Source of the DNA: Blastocatellia bacterium
GTDB lineage: Bacteria; Acidobacteriota; Blastocatellia; UBA7656; JADIYM01
NCBI GenBank assembly: GCA_044224215.1
Contig: JBGAKX010000038.1
Location: forward strand, 1-34,814
Reading direction: 5' to 3'
DNA: 34,814 nucleotides
Made by a program: the position numbers and the translations under genes. Each line of letters begins with the position of its first letter. Within the stretch, counting starts at the first letter, position 1. Shown here piece after piece: positions 25,132 through 34,359 of this stretch. The notes beneath the pieces are model-generated. The model had not been told where the DNA came from, ran no database searches, and was given only the letters and a program-made list of their open reading frames with translations.

Positions 25132-26171
25132 CGCATGGCGTTCCACTCCGCCGGCGCGCGTCCGGACGCGTCGTGTGTGGCGCGGCGGTCGTGCTTGCGA
25201 TCGTGTCGTTCATACCACGCGTCACGCATGCGGCTCCGCTCGCCGACTATGACCAGCGGCTTGGGCGTGCCATCGAAATCGCCGACAACGTGTACGGTGG
25301 CGACACGTCGGTGCCGTTGTCGCAAATCGGCGAGCTGCTGCCGCCGCACGAGACCATCGAATACGGCAACCAGTCCTTCAATGTCGACAACTCGTGGCTT
25401 GCCGCGGCGATCGCGCAGTACGACGGATCGACGGACACAAGCGTCAGGGCCGTCGCTCTGAATGCGATCGTGACGCGGCTCTACGCGATGAGCTCGGCCA
25501 TCACGATGCTCGACAAGGCGCCCGAGCACGCAACGCCGGAAGACCGCGATCGGCTCGAGAAGATCCTCAAGGATCCGGAGTTCCGCCCACCAGCGGAGGA
25601 TCCGCTTGCCGCGTATCTGCGCGACCTTCGGCGCAGGATCTTCGAATTCCTCGCCCGCGTGCTTCAGAAGCTCTTTGGCGGCCAGCAGTCGTCTTCGTAC
25701 GCAAGCGGGGTGCGAATCATCGTCGTCGCCGTCGGCGCGGTGGCCCTGTTCGTGCTCGGTCGCGCGATCGTGCAGGCAGTTGCCCGGCGCAAACCAGGAA
25801 GAAGGCGGGCAAAAAAGGTGGTGCTCGGCGAGGAGGTCGACGAGTCGACGACGTCGGACGACCTGGTGACGGCGGCGCGAGCCCTCGCGTCGAGCGGCGA
25901 TTACCGCGGCGCGATCCGCAAGCTCTTCGTCGCATTGATCTACGAGCTCGACGAGCGGGGCGTGGTCACCCTCCGCAGCGAAGCGACCAACCGCGAGTAC
26001 CTCGCGCTCGTACGCGACGCGGGGCGCCTCTATCCCGTCATGACGGCGATGACCGATGTCTTTGAGCGCGTGTGGTACGGGCAGGCGGACGTCGATCGGA
26101 TCGACTTTGACGAGTTCGAAAGGCTGCATTCGCAGGCCCGGTCGGCATTTGCGGCGCCTGCGGTGAATTGA
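25119..26171 (+). CDS. DUF4129 domain protein
   Basis: Signal/TM at N-terminus, central TM, and C-terminal DUF4129 signature (ATNREYLALV...FERVWYG); start chosen at an internal Met to minimise overlap with the upstream gene. Confidence 0.6.
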   Translation: MRMVTHGVPLRRRASGRVVCGAAVVLAIVSFIPRVTHAAPLADYDQRLGRAIEIADNVYGGDTSVPLSQIGELLPPHETIEYGNQSFNVDNSWLAAAIAQYDGSTDTSVRAVALNAIVTRLYAMSSAITMLDKAPEHATPEDRDRLEKILKDPEFRPPAEDPLAAYLRDLRRRIFEFLARVLQKLFGGQQSSSYASGVRIIVVAVGAVALFVLGRAIVQAVARRKPGRRRAKKVVLGEEVDESTTSDDLVTAARALASSGDYRGAIRKLFVALIYELDERGVVTLRSEATNREYLALVRDAGRLYPVMTAMTDVFERVWYGQADVDRIDFDEFERLHSQARSAFAAPAVN

Positions 26172-26208
26172 CGCGTGGACGGGGTCTGCGGTCTACTCAA
26201 CGTGTCCG

Positions 26209-27198
26209 ATGGCTGAGACAAAGAACAACCAGGAGAGTCCGACGATCGCGCGCGGCCGGCTCGTGCTCGAAGTGGAGGCGCGCGCCATCCGCGACCTGGT
26301 CGACCGGCTTGACGGGGCGTTCGAGCAGGCGGTCGAGCTGATCTACACCGCCGGCGGCCGCGTGATCACGAGCGGAATCGGAAAATCGGGGATCATCTGC
26401 CAGAAGATCGCGTCGACGATGTCGTCGACAGGGACACCGGCAATGTTCATGCACCCGGTCGAGGCGATCCACGGGGATCTCGGAATGCTCGTCGAGGGCG
26501 ACGTGGTGATCATCGCGTCGAACAGCGGCGAGACGGACGAGCTGTTGCGCGTTGTCCCGATCGTCAAACGGCTCGGCGCGCCGTTGATCGCAATCGTCGG
26601 GCGTGTCGAATCGTCGCTGTCGCGCGAAGCGGACGTCGTTCTCGACGTCTCGATCACCGAGGAGGCATGTCCGCTCGGGCTCGCGCCGACGGCATCGACC
26701 ACGGCGGCTCTTGCGATGGGCGACGCGCTTGCGATGGCGCTGATCGAACGGCGCGGGTTCTCGGCCGAACAGTTTGCCGAGCGCCATCCCGGCGGCAACA
26801 TCGGCCGCAGGTTCCTGCGCGTGAGCGACCTGATGCATACGGGCGAGCGGTTGCCGGTGGTGACGCTCGATACGCCGATTGGCGAAGCGATCTTCGAGAT
26901 GACGTCCAAGGGATTCGGCGCGACGTCTGTAGTGGATGGCGACGGCCGGCTTGCGGGCATCGTAACGGACGGAGATCTGCGGAGGTTGCTGGCACGCCAC
27001 CCGGTCGATGCGCTGACGGTGCCTGTCGTCGATGCGATGACTCCGCGACCGCTGACGATCGACGGTGACGAGCTGGCGGCGGCGGCGCTGGAGGTGATGG
27101 AACGACGGCACGTGACCGCGCTGCTGGTCCTCGACGCCGATGCGCGGCCGCTCGGGATACTGCATATCCACGATCTGTGGCGGACGCAGCTGTTCTAG
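26209..27198 (+). CDS. kdsD: arabinose-5-phosphate isomerase (KpsF/GutQ family; SIS + tandem CBS)
   Basis: SIS motifs GRVITSGIGKSG and VIIASNSGETDEL; two C-terminal CBS domains; 329 aa. Confidence 0.9.
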   Translation: MAETKNNQESPTIARGRLVLEVEARAIRDLVDRLDGAFEQAVELIYTAGGRVITSGIGKSGIICQKIASTMSSTGTPAMFMHPVEAIHGDLGMLVEGDVVIIASNSGETDELLRVVPIVKRLGAPLIAIVGRVESSLSREADVVLDVSITEEACPLGLAPTASTTAALAMGDALAMALIERRGFSAEQFAERHPGGNIGRRFLRVSDLMHTGERLPVVTLDTPIGEAIFEMTSKGFGATSVVDGDGRLAGIVTDGDLRRLLARHPVDALTVPVVDAMTPRPLTIDGDELAAAALEVMERRHVTALLVLDADARPLGILHIHDLWRTQLF

Positions 27199-27284
27199 AC
27201 GCGGGGCGACCCTTACAGGGTCGCGAGCACTGTGGTGGCGGAACCGGGGGTCGGCGTCGCTTCGCTCCTTGACCCCCGGCTATT

Positions 27285-27725
27285 CTCGCGCACCCCTGCG
27301 GGGTGCTCGAACCAACGCCGCACGTTTCGGCCACTCCGAGGGGGTGCGGGCAATGTTGCCGAAGGATTCGGGTCCCCGTAGGAGGTGCTCGTCGTGTTGC
27401 CGTTAGCGTCACGCGTTCGACCTTTCGAGCACCCCGAAGGGGTGACTGGCATGTAGCGGTTAGCGCCGCGACGGTCGACCTTCCGAGCACCCCGAAGGGG
27501 TGACTGGTGACAGGGCGGTTAGCGCCGCGACGGTCGACCCTTTCGAGCACCCCGAAGGGGTGACTGGCATGTAGCGGTTAGCGCCGCGACGGTCGACCTT
27601 CCGAGCACCCCGAAGGGGTGACTGGCATGTAGCGGTTAGCGCCGCGACGGTCGACCTTCCGAGCACCCCGAAGGGGTGACTGGCATGTAGCGGTAGCGCC
27701 GCGAATCTTCCGAGCAACCGCCGGG
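27285..27725. repeat. BIME/MIRU-like array of tandem palindromic units (~8 hairpins; 5 near-identical 58-60-bp direct repeats)
   Basis: Unit GAGCACCCCGAAGGGGTGACTGGCATGTAGCGGTTAGCGCCGCGACGGTCGACCTTCC starts at ~27427, 27485, 27545, 27603 and 27661, each carrying the hairpin CACCCC-gaa-GGGGTG. Degenerate copies lie at 27291 (CACCCC-tgc-GGGGTG) and ~27333, and one inverted-orientation copy at ~27360-27390. The array sits between the convergent kdsD and MobB-like genes. Confidence 0.9.
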
Positions 27726-28447
27726 GTCGAGGCGCGCGGAGCGCGACGACGACCCCGGTGGGTCAGATACGTGATCAGGACCCTGTGGGCGGTCCGGCAA
27801 TGAACGCACCGCGTCTCGATCATCCCGCGCAATCGGTCAAATTCGTCTTCGAAGACCAAGGGAGGCATTGTGCACGTGACCCGCCGCTCCTCGAGCATCA
27901 CCCGAATGGCCTCGATCGCCGCTCCATCGCCGCTCGACGATCCCGACACGAACAACGCATCCGACATCCCAAGGACCCGTCGCGCCGACTGCTTGACCTC
28001 CGCCGAATCCGGCCGCGCGACCATCACGACAAAATCCGCCGGAACGTCGGTCAAGAACCCCGTGCCCTCGATCACCACTCCTGGACATCCAGGCGCCACG
28101 CGGCCGAGCGCGTCGCGCACACCGTCGGCAACCTGCTGCTTCGTGGCGATGACCCAGTGGACGTTCGCCGCGCCCGAATCCCAGAACCGCGCCGTGTCCT
28201 TCCCCGCCGCGTAGTTCGCGTCGCGACCCGACAGAATCAGTGGCGTGTCCGACAACAGGTGGCTCACGCAACACGTTTCGGGATCCTTGCCGCACGACCG
28301 GTAGTGACCCTTCGTCACCTTGATTGCCTCCCATCCCGGCAGGGACTCGATCAGCCGGCACGCGAGCGCCGTCTTGCCGACGTTCGACGAAAACCCGGCG
28401 ACTGCGACGATGGATGGGCGTCGGTCCACGTGCCGATTCTCGCACAT
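27578..28447 (-). CDS. P-loop NTPase, MobB-like (hypothetical); 3' end runs into the repeat array
   Basis: Walker A GFSSNVGKT; layout resembling MobB (IKVTKGHY...GKD...VVIEGTGF); Cys-rich CGKDPETCC. The last ~47 codons are encoded by the tandem repeats, so the true C-terminus is uncertain. Confidence 0.4.
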   Translation of the reverse strand: MCENRHVDRRPSIVAVAGFSSNVGKTALACRLIESLPGWEAIKVTKGHYRSCGKDPETCCVSHLLSDTPLILSGRDANYAAGKDTARFWDSGAANVHWVIATKQQVADGVRDALGRVAPGCPGVVIEGTGFLTDVPADFVVMVARPDSAEVKQSARRVLGMSDALFVSGSSSGDGAAIEAIRVMLEERRVTCTMPPLVFEDEFDRLRGMIETRCVHCRTAHRVLITYLTHRGRRRAPRASTPAVARKIRGATATCQSPLRGARKVDRRGANRYMPVTPSGCSEGRPSRR

Positions 28448-28478
28448 CTCGAGCCCCGACCGCAGGCGACGATCGCTC

Positions 28479-28487
28479 TGCTATACT
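28479..28487 (+). promoter_or_regulatory. extended -10 element TGcTATACT upstream of the DUF805-SRPBCC gene
   Basis: Same TGCTATACTG decamer as at 22528; ~50 nt upstream of the ATG at 28537, in the divergent intergenic region. Confidence 0.4.
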
Positions 28488-28536
28488 GGCCGTCCGCGCT
28501 ATCGTTCCACGTCGTCAGACCCCAAGGAGTCCCCGT

Positions 28537-29937
28537 ATGAACGTGCGACCGTCCGATTTCGTAGGGCGCTGGGATGGCACCCTCGACCGCGGTCCGTATG
28601 CACTCGTCGGCGTTCTGCTGTTCTTTCTGAAGCACAACATCGACCGGGGCGTCGCGATATTCGCCTTCGACCGGCCGTGGTCGCTGTTCTACTACCTGTC
28701 GCCGACGGACGCGCTTCGGTTCTCTGCGATGTCGGCCGTGGATCGCACGTTCTATGCGACGCTCGTCGCCATCGCGATGCCGTTCATCTACGTCGGCACG
28801 CTGATGACCGTGAAGCGGCTCAAATCCGCCGGGCTCCCGCCGTGGCTCGTGCTGTTCTTCTTCATTCCGTTCGTCAATCTCGTCCTGTTCGCGGTGCTCT
28901 GCGTGCTGCCCGAGGCGACCGAAGTGACGCGCGACGCCAGGCCGACCGGGCGCTTCAAGCAGTTCCTCGATCGACTCATTCCAGAGAGCGCGCTCGGCAG
29001 CGCGTCCGTCGCCATCCTGCTCATCCTTCCGATATTCGTCGTTGGCGTGCTGTTCGCCACCAACGGGCTCGGGCAGTACGGCTGGGGGATATTCGTCGGT
29101 CTGCCGTTCTACCTCGGCATGTTCTCGGTGCTGGTGTACGGCTATCACGAGCCCCGCAGCTTTGGCAGTTGCGTTGCCGTCGCGATGATCGCAACGGTGG
29201 TCCTCGGGCTCGCCACCGTGGCGCTCGCATTCGAGGGCGTGATCTGCGTGGCGATGGCCGCGCCGATCATGGGGACGCTCGCGTTCGTGGGATCGGTCAT
29301 CGGATACGTCATCCAGCGCCGGCCCTACGTCATGCGGTCCGCACCGCTGGCCATGTTCGTGCTGCTGCTCGTCGTTCCCGGACTGATGGGAGCGGAGGCG
29401 CGCATCGCGCCGCTTCCGCCGCTCGTCGCGGTGCGGACGTCGGTCGACATTGACGCGGAGCCCGCACGCGTCTGGGAACACGTCGTGACGTTCACCGAGC
29501 TCCCGGCGCCGACGGACCTGTTCTTCAAGACAGGCGTCGCGTATCCGATGCGGGCCGAGATCGCCGGCCACGGCGTCGGCGCGGTGCGCCACTGCGTGTT
29601 CTCGACGGGGCCGTTCGTCGAGCCGATCGAGGTCTGGGACGAACCGCGGCTACTGAAGTTCTCGGTGACCGCGCAACCGCCCGCGATGCAGGAGATGACG
29701 CCGTACGGGCGCATCGATCCACCCCACCTCGACAACTATCTCGTGTCCGAGGGCGGGCAGTTTCTTCTGACGCCGCTTCCTGGTGGACGCACGCACCTCG
29801 AGGGCACGACGTGGTATCGAAACAGGATGTGGCCGTCAGAGTACTGGCAGCTGTGGTCCGACATGGTGATCCACAGGATCCATCAACGGGTCCTCGATCA
29901 CGTGAAGACGCTCGCCGAGCAGCCCGAATCGCAGTGA
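28537..29937 (+). CDS. membrane protein: N-terminal DUF805-like polytopic domain fused to C-terminal SRPBCC (START/Bet v1-like) domain
   Basis: Start refined to MNVRPSDFVGRW; ~7 TM helices over the first 290 aa; C-terminal ~160 aa resembles SRPBCC/polyketide-cyclase fold (DIDAEPARVWEHVVTFTELP). Confidence 0.6.
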   Translation: MNVRPSDFVGRWDGTLDRGPYALVGVLLFFLKHNIDRGVAIFAFDRPWSLFYYLSPTDALRFSAMSAVDRTFYATLVAIAMPFIYVGTLMTVKRLKSAGLPPWLVLFFFIPFVNLVLFAVLCVLPEATEVTRDARPTGRFKQFLDRLIPESALGSASVAILLILPIFVVGVLFATNGLGQYGWGIFVGLPFYLGMFSVLVYGYHEPRSFGSCVAVAMIATVVLGLATVALAFEGVICVAMAAPIMGTLAFVGSVIGYVIQRRPYVMRSAPLAMFVLLLVVPGLMGAEARIAPLPPLVAVRTSVDIDAEPARVWEHVVTFTELPAPTDLFFKTGVAYPMRAEIAGHGVGAVRHCVFSTGPFVEPIEVWDEPRLLKFSVTAQPPAMQEMTPYGRIDPPHLDNYLVSEGGQFLLTPLPGGRTHLEGTTWYRNRMWPSEYWQLWSDMVIHRIHQRVLDHVKTLAEQPESQ

Positions 29938-29958
29938 CGCGTCGACCGGCGCCGGGAG

Positions 29959-30246
29959 TTACGGCTCGTCCGGCTCGTCGAACTCGACGAACAGATCGTC
30001 GAATCCCATCTGGGCGTCGTTGACGAACGCGGCTTCGTGCTCGCCGTGGGCGCGTTCCGAATTGCGCCCGAGCGCCCGCCGCACGTCCTTCAGGCTGTAC
30101 CTGACGATCCGATCGGTCACGTAGAGCGCGGGAATCCGGCCGCCCCGGCGGAGACGGTTGATCGTCGACTCGCTGACCTGGAGCTGATCTGCCAGCTGTC
30201 TGGCGGTCAGGTACTCGCTCCGCTTGTCTCCTGACGGTTCGTTCAT
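29959..30246 (-). CDS. helix-turn-helix DNA-binding protein, excisionase/MerR-like family (HTH_17)
   Basis: Start refined to MNEPSGDK; HTH LTARQLADQLQVSESTINRLRRGGRIPALYV; acidic C-terminus; 95 aa. Confidence 0.6.
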   Translation of the reverse strand: MNEPSGDKRSEYLTARQLADQLQVSESTINRLRRGGRIPALYVTDRIVRYSLKDVRRALGRNSERAHGEHEAAFVNDAQMGFDDLFVEFDEPDEP

Positions 30247-30259
30247 CTCGCGTGACGCA

Positions 30260-30883
30260 CTATCGCGGTGACAGTGTAAGGGGCGGGGCGTTGAGAATCT
30301 CGCCGCCGGCAACGTTCACGACGACGCTCACGGTCTCGTGCTTCGGGCTCGTTGCCGTCAGCTTGTAGCGGCCCTCGCCGCCGGGCAGATGGAACACGAA
30401 GAAGCCGTTCTGATCGGTCGTCGCTTGACGCTTGAGCTGCTTGACCGGTTCTCCGTCGTCGCCCGGCACGCGCTCGAGATCGACGTGAATGCCGGAGAGC
30501 GTCCTGCCCACGGTATCGAACACCGTGCCGCGAACGACAGAGTCGTCGTCCACGTCGGGCAGCTCGACCCGGCTGTCGAGTTTCGTCGTCTTTCCGGGCT
30601 CGACCGCAATCGGGAGCCGCAGCGTCGTCGAGGCATAGCCATCCGCCTCGAACCGAAGCCGGTACGAGCCGGGAGGCAACTCGATCGCGAACTCGCCCTT
30701 CAGGTTCGTCTTCGTCTCGACGTCGTTGTCAGACGTTGCGATGACACGAGCGTCGGCGATGGCCTTTCCGTGCGTGTTCACCACGCGACCCGTCACCGTC
30801 CCCTTCCCGTCCTCGGCGGATGCGGGAGCGGCTATCGCGAGCAGCACGGCAACAAGACACGCAACGAATCCGGCACGACGCAT
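30260..30883 (-). CDS. secreted protein with tandem carboxypeptidase-regulatory-like (CarboxypepD_reg) domains
   Basis: Signal peptide MRRAGFVACLVAVLLAIAAPASA; two ~80-aa beta-sandwich repeats (TVTGRVVNTHGKAIADARV..., VVRGTVFDTVGRTLSGIHV... with DQNGFFVF). Confidence 0.55.
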   Translation of the reverse strand: MRRAGFVACLVAVLLAIAAPASAEDGKGTVTGRVVNTHGKAIADARVIATSDNDVETKTNLKGEFAIELPPGSYRLRFEADGYASTTLRLPIAVEPGKTTKLDSRVELPDVDDDSVVRGTVFDTVGRTLSGIHVDLERVPGDDGEPVKQLKRQATTDQNGFFVFHLPGGEGRYKLTATSPKHETVSVVVNVAGGEILNAPPLTLSPR

Positions 30884-31002
30884 CGAAAACCCTCTCGTAT
30901 CGGGATTTGTCGAGTCTAGTGAGCGTGCCCGCAAATGTCAATTTTGGCGCACTTTGCCGCCCGCGTGCGTGCGGGTCGACGGATCGCGATGGCGGTCGTA
31001 GA

Positions 31003-31437
31003 ATGGCCCGGACGATTCAAGCCGCGGGAGGGCCTGTGCAGATCGCCGGCTTCATCTTCACCGTGTCGGAGCTCGAGGGATACCGGTTCATCGAGACCGT
31101 GTTTCCTGAGGAATTCGATCGCAGCCGTTTGTGGGCTGCCGCGTCGAGCTATCCGACGCTCTGGGACGAGAGCCGCCCCACCGTCACGCTCAACGACATC
31201 CGGAAGATGCCCGAGCTCGACGACGAGGCGCGCCGCGTCCTCCGTTGGGTCCTTCAGCAGAACCAGATCCGGGCAAGGCTGCTCGCCACGTCGTGGGTGG
31301 CGGGAACAAACGACGCCGGACGGCAGCAGATCGAGCAGATTCTCACGTCCGTCGGACGCCCGACCTCGACGGTCTTCACGACGCGCGCCGAAGCGCTCAC
31401 ACACCTGCGCGAAGCGATTCGCGAGTGGCAAGCCTGA
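31003..31437 (+). CDS. hypothetical protein (144 aa)
   Basis: Start refined to MARTIQAAGG; no recognised domain; coding-like composition; ends 7 nt before the convergent dnaB stop. Confidence 0.45.
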   Translation: MARTIQAAGGPVQIAGFIFTVSELEGYRFIETVFPEEFDRSRLWAAASSYPTLWDESRPTVTLNDIRKMPELDDEARRVLRWVLQQNQIRARLLATSWVAGTNDAGRQQIEQILTSVGRPTSTVFTTRAEALTHLREAIREWQA

Positions 31438-31443
31438 CGGTCG

Positions 31444-32787
31444 CTAGAAGCCGTCGCTCCACAGGTTCTCGAACCGAGTGAACTCCTTGAGGAACGCGAG
31501 GCGGACGATGCCCGTCGGACCGTTGCGCTGCTTTCCGACGATCAGCTCGGCAACGCCCTGGTTCTCTTCGGTCGGCGAGTACATCTCTTCGCGGTAGATG
31601 AACCCGACGACGTCGGCGTCCTGTTCGATCGATCCCGATTCGCGGAGGTCCGAAAGCTGAGGCCGGTGGTCGGTGCGCGTCTCTGGTGCACGCGAGAGCT
31701 GCGATAGCGCGATCACCGGAACGTTGAGCTCCTTGGCGAGCATCTTCAAGTCGCGTGAAATCTGCGACACCTCGTTCGTGCGACTGTCGGTTCGGCCGCG
31801 CCCCTGGATCAGCTGGAGGTAATCCACGACGAGCAGGTCGAGGCCATGCTCCTGCTTGAGCCTGCGTGCCTTGGCGCGCATCTCGAGCGTCGAGATTCCG
31901 GGGGTGTCGTCGATGAAGACCTTGGATTCGCTGAGGCGGTGCAGACCGTCCGCAAGCCGCGCCCACTCCTCGCGATTCAGGTAGCCGGTGCGGAACCGGT
32001 GCGCGTCGATGTGCGCTTCCGAGCACAGCATTCTCGATACGAGCTGCTGCGACGACATCTCGAGACTGAACAACCCGACGGTGAATCCCGCGCGCGCGGC
32101 GTACTGGCCGATGTTGAGTGCAAAGCTCGTCTTTCCCATCGAAGGCCGCGCGGCGATGACGATCAGGTCGGAGCGCTGCAGGCCGGCGGTCATCTTGTCG
32201 AGATCCGTGAAGCCGGTCGGGATGCCCGTGATCATCTCGGTGCGTCCCGACATGGCCTCGATCTCTTCGAGCCGCTTGTGCGCGATCGCGCCGACCTCGG
32301 TAAAGCCCTCGCGCATGCGGTCCTCGGCAATCGAGAAGATCGCCTTTTCGGCCGCGTCGATGATCTGCTCGGGGTCGAGCTCCTGCTCGAAGCAGCTCGC
32401 GGTGATCTGGCTTGACGCCGCGATCAGCTTCCGCATCATCGACTTCCCCTTGACGATCTTGGCGTACTGCTCGATGTTCTCGAGCCGCGGCATGGCGTCC
32501 ATCAGGCCCGCGATGAACGCGCCTCCTCCGATCTGTTCGAACTCGCCGGCCTTCTTGAGCTCCTCGCCGAGCGTGATCAGGTCGATCGGACGGCCCTGCT
32601 CCGACAGCGAGATTTGCCGCTCGTAGATCCGGCGATGGCTGTCGAGATAGAAATCGCCCGCGCCGAGCAGCGTCACGGCCTGATTGATCAGGCGATTATC
32701 GAGAAGGATCGCAGCGAGCACACTTCGCTCCGCCTCAACCGCAGACGGCAAACTCCGATCGAGGAACAACTCCTTGGCGGACGACAT
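31444..32787 (-). CDS. dnaB: replicative DNA helicase DnaB
   Basis: DnaB N-terminal domain ([11 protein letters not shown]); Walker [14 protein letters not shown]; Walker [10 protein letters not shown]; arginine-finger region. The start could alternatively be the upstream Met at 32823. Confidence 0.9.
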   Translation of the reverse strand: MSSAKELFLDRSLPSAVEAERSVLAAILLDNRLINQAVTLLGAGDFYLDSHRRIYERQISLSEQGRPIDLITLGEELKKAGEFEQIGGGAFIAGLMDAMPRLENIEQYAKIVKGKSMMRKLIAASSQITASCFEQELDPEQIIDAAEKAIFSIAEDRMREGFTEVGAIAHKRLEEIEAMSGRTEMITGIPTGFTDLDKMTAGLQRSDLIVIAARPSMGKTSFALNIGQYAARAGFTVGLFSLEMSSQQLVSRMLCSEAHIDAHRFRTGYLNREEWARLADGLHRLSESKVFIDDTPGISTLEMRAKARRLKQEHGLDLLVVDYLQLIQGRGRTDSRTNEVSQISRDLKMLAKELNVPVIALSQLSRAPETRTDHRPQLSDLRESGSIEQDADVVGFIYREEMYSPTEENQGVAELIVGKQRNGPTGIVRLAFLKEFTRFENLWSDGF

Positions 32788-32928
32788 TCCCGGAACAACT
32801 CCTTCCTGAACTCCAGCACGCATTGCGGTCGGATACCGCGTGAATCACCCTGTGGGGGCATTTCAACACAAGCGCCGGGGCCGTTCAACGCAGCCCGGCG
32901 CGCGTCCCGCTAAACGCATGAAACCGGT

Positions 32929-32972
32929 GGAAATAGAACGGGGGCGCGAGTCCGTCACGGCTCGCGCCCCCG
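32929..32972 (-). terminator. rho-independent terminator downstream of rplI
   Basis: Perfect 12-bp GC stem CGGGGGCGCGAG / CTCGCGCCCCCG with a 10-nt loop, followed on the minus strand by TTCTATTTCC; 22 nt after the rplI stop. Confidence 0.7.
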
Positions 32973-32993
32973 GGATCCGACTGCACAAAGACG

Positions 32994-33557
32994 TTACTCT
33001 TCGTACTCGTCAAAATCCTCGTCGTCGTCATCCTCGTCATGGTGGACCGGAGTGGCGGCAACCGGCGCCTCCACGGGAGCCGCCGGAGCGACCTCCGCCG
33101 GGACCGGGAATCCACCCTCGGGCGTCACGACGACCTTGAGGGGAACGATCACGTCGCGATGGAGCCGAATGGCGACCTCGAATTCTCCGAGGGCCTTGAT
33201 CGGATCCTTCAGACGGATCTTGTGACGATCGACTGCACGGCCTTCCGCCTCGAGTGCGTGAACGATGTCGAGCACCGTCACCGACCCGAACAGCTTGCCT
33301 TCGTCGCCGACCTTGCGTTCAAAGGTCAGCTGGCCGCCCTCGAACTGCTTGACGGCGTCCTGCGCGGCCGCGCGCTCGCGCGCTTCGCGCTTTGCGAGCA
33401 CCGACTTCTCGGTCTCGATCTGACGTAGATTGCTCGCCGTGGCCTGGACTGCCAGACCTCGGGGGAGCAGGTAGTTCCGTCCGTACCCGCGGCGAACGCG
33501 GACGATCTCGCCCCGGTCGCCAAGATTGTCGATGTCCTCCCGCAGGAGCACTTCCAT
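32994..33557 (-). CDS. rplI: 50S ribosomal protein L9 with C-terminal Pro/Ala-rich and acidic extension
   Basis: MEVLLREDIDNLGDRGEIVRVRRGYGRNYLLP matches the L9 N-domain; C-terminal ~40 aa extension ending in DEDDDDEDFDEYEE. Confidence 0.85.
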   Translation of the reverse strand: MEVLLREDIDNLGDRGEIVRVRRGYGRNYLLPRGLAVQATASNLRQIETEKSVLAKREARERAAAQDAVKQFEGGQLTFERKVGDEGKLFGSVTVLDIVHALEAEGRAVDRHKIRLKDPIKALGEFEVAIRLHRDVIVPLKVVVTPEGGFPVPAEVAPAAPVEAPVAATPVHHDEDDDDEDFDEYEE

Positions 33558-33584
33558 GTAAGCCATTGGTGTTCCTCCTTGCGG

Positions 33585-33830
<246 letters not shown>

Positions 33831-34283
33831 TTAGCTCACCTCCTCCTCGTCTTCCGTCGTCGCATCGTCCGCGGCTTCGACGAACACCTCGGCCGGACCG
33901 GCCGACCCGCGATCGCGGCGGCGTCCGCCACCGGCTGCGAGCCGGGCCGCGCGCTTTGCCTTGAACTTCTCGGCGCGCTTCAGGTCCTCGTCAATGCGGA
34001 TCGTGATGTGACGGATCACCGACTCCGTGACACGCAGGCGGCGCTCGAGCTCGGCGATCTCGGAGCCCGAGCCCTCGATCGTCAGCACGACATAGTTGCC
34101 GTCGGTGTAAGTCGTCGGCGAGACGCGGATCTCGTATGCGAGGCGGCGGCGCCCCATCTTGTCAATCTTCGTGACCGATGCGCCACGCTCCTCCGCGACC
34201 CCGCGGAGCTGCTCGATCAGCGCATCGACCGCTTCGTCTGCCTCGGTCGGCATGACGATAAACAGCAGTTCGTAAACTCTCAC
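33831..34283 (-). CDS. rpsF: 30S ribosomal protein S6
   Basis: GTG start (VRVYELLFIVMP) with AGGAGA RBS 8 nt upstream; S6 fold motifs; acidic C-terminal tail. Confidence 0.85.
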   Translation of the reverse strand: MRVYELLFIVMPTEADEAVDALIEQLRGVAEERGASVTKIDKMGRRRLAYEIRVSPTTYTDGNYVVLTIEGSGSEIAELERRLRVTESVIRHITIRIDEDLKRAEKFKAKRAARLAAGGGRRRDRGSAGPAEVFVEAADDATTEDEEEVS

Positions 34284-34359
34284 TACATGTCTCCTTCTGG
34301 CTTTCTTCAGCCCCGGCTCGCGGCCGGAGCAAGGAGTTGTCTGGCGGAACGCGTGCGCG

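Noticed and set aside
27460-27717. 85-aa minus-strand ORF and 79-aa ORF (27213..27452) lying inside the repeat array
   Set aside because: Their repetitive peptide sequence is a direct consequence of translating the tandem DNA repeats; there is no independent coding evidence.
27285-27725. CRISPR array interpretation of the tandem repeats (24-bp palindromic core plus ~34-bp 'spacer')
   Set aside because: The inter-hairpin segments are essentially identical between units rather than unique spacers, and no cas genes are present. The region is better explained as a BIME/MIRU-like minisatellite.
28351-29592. 413-aa minus-strand ORF and 377-aa + ORF (28320..29453) overlapping the DUF805-SRPBCC gene
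   Set aside because: The chosen frame (28537..29937) gives coherent TM helices and an SRPBCC domain; the alternatives are Arg/His-rich with no structure.
29938-30246. Excisionase-family HTH gene as evidence for an integrated mobile element or prophage
   Set aside because: No integrase, recombinase, phage structural, transposase or tRNA attachment site is present anywhere in the window; HTH_17 proteins also occur as stand-alone regulators.
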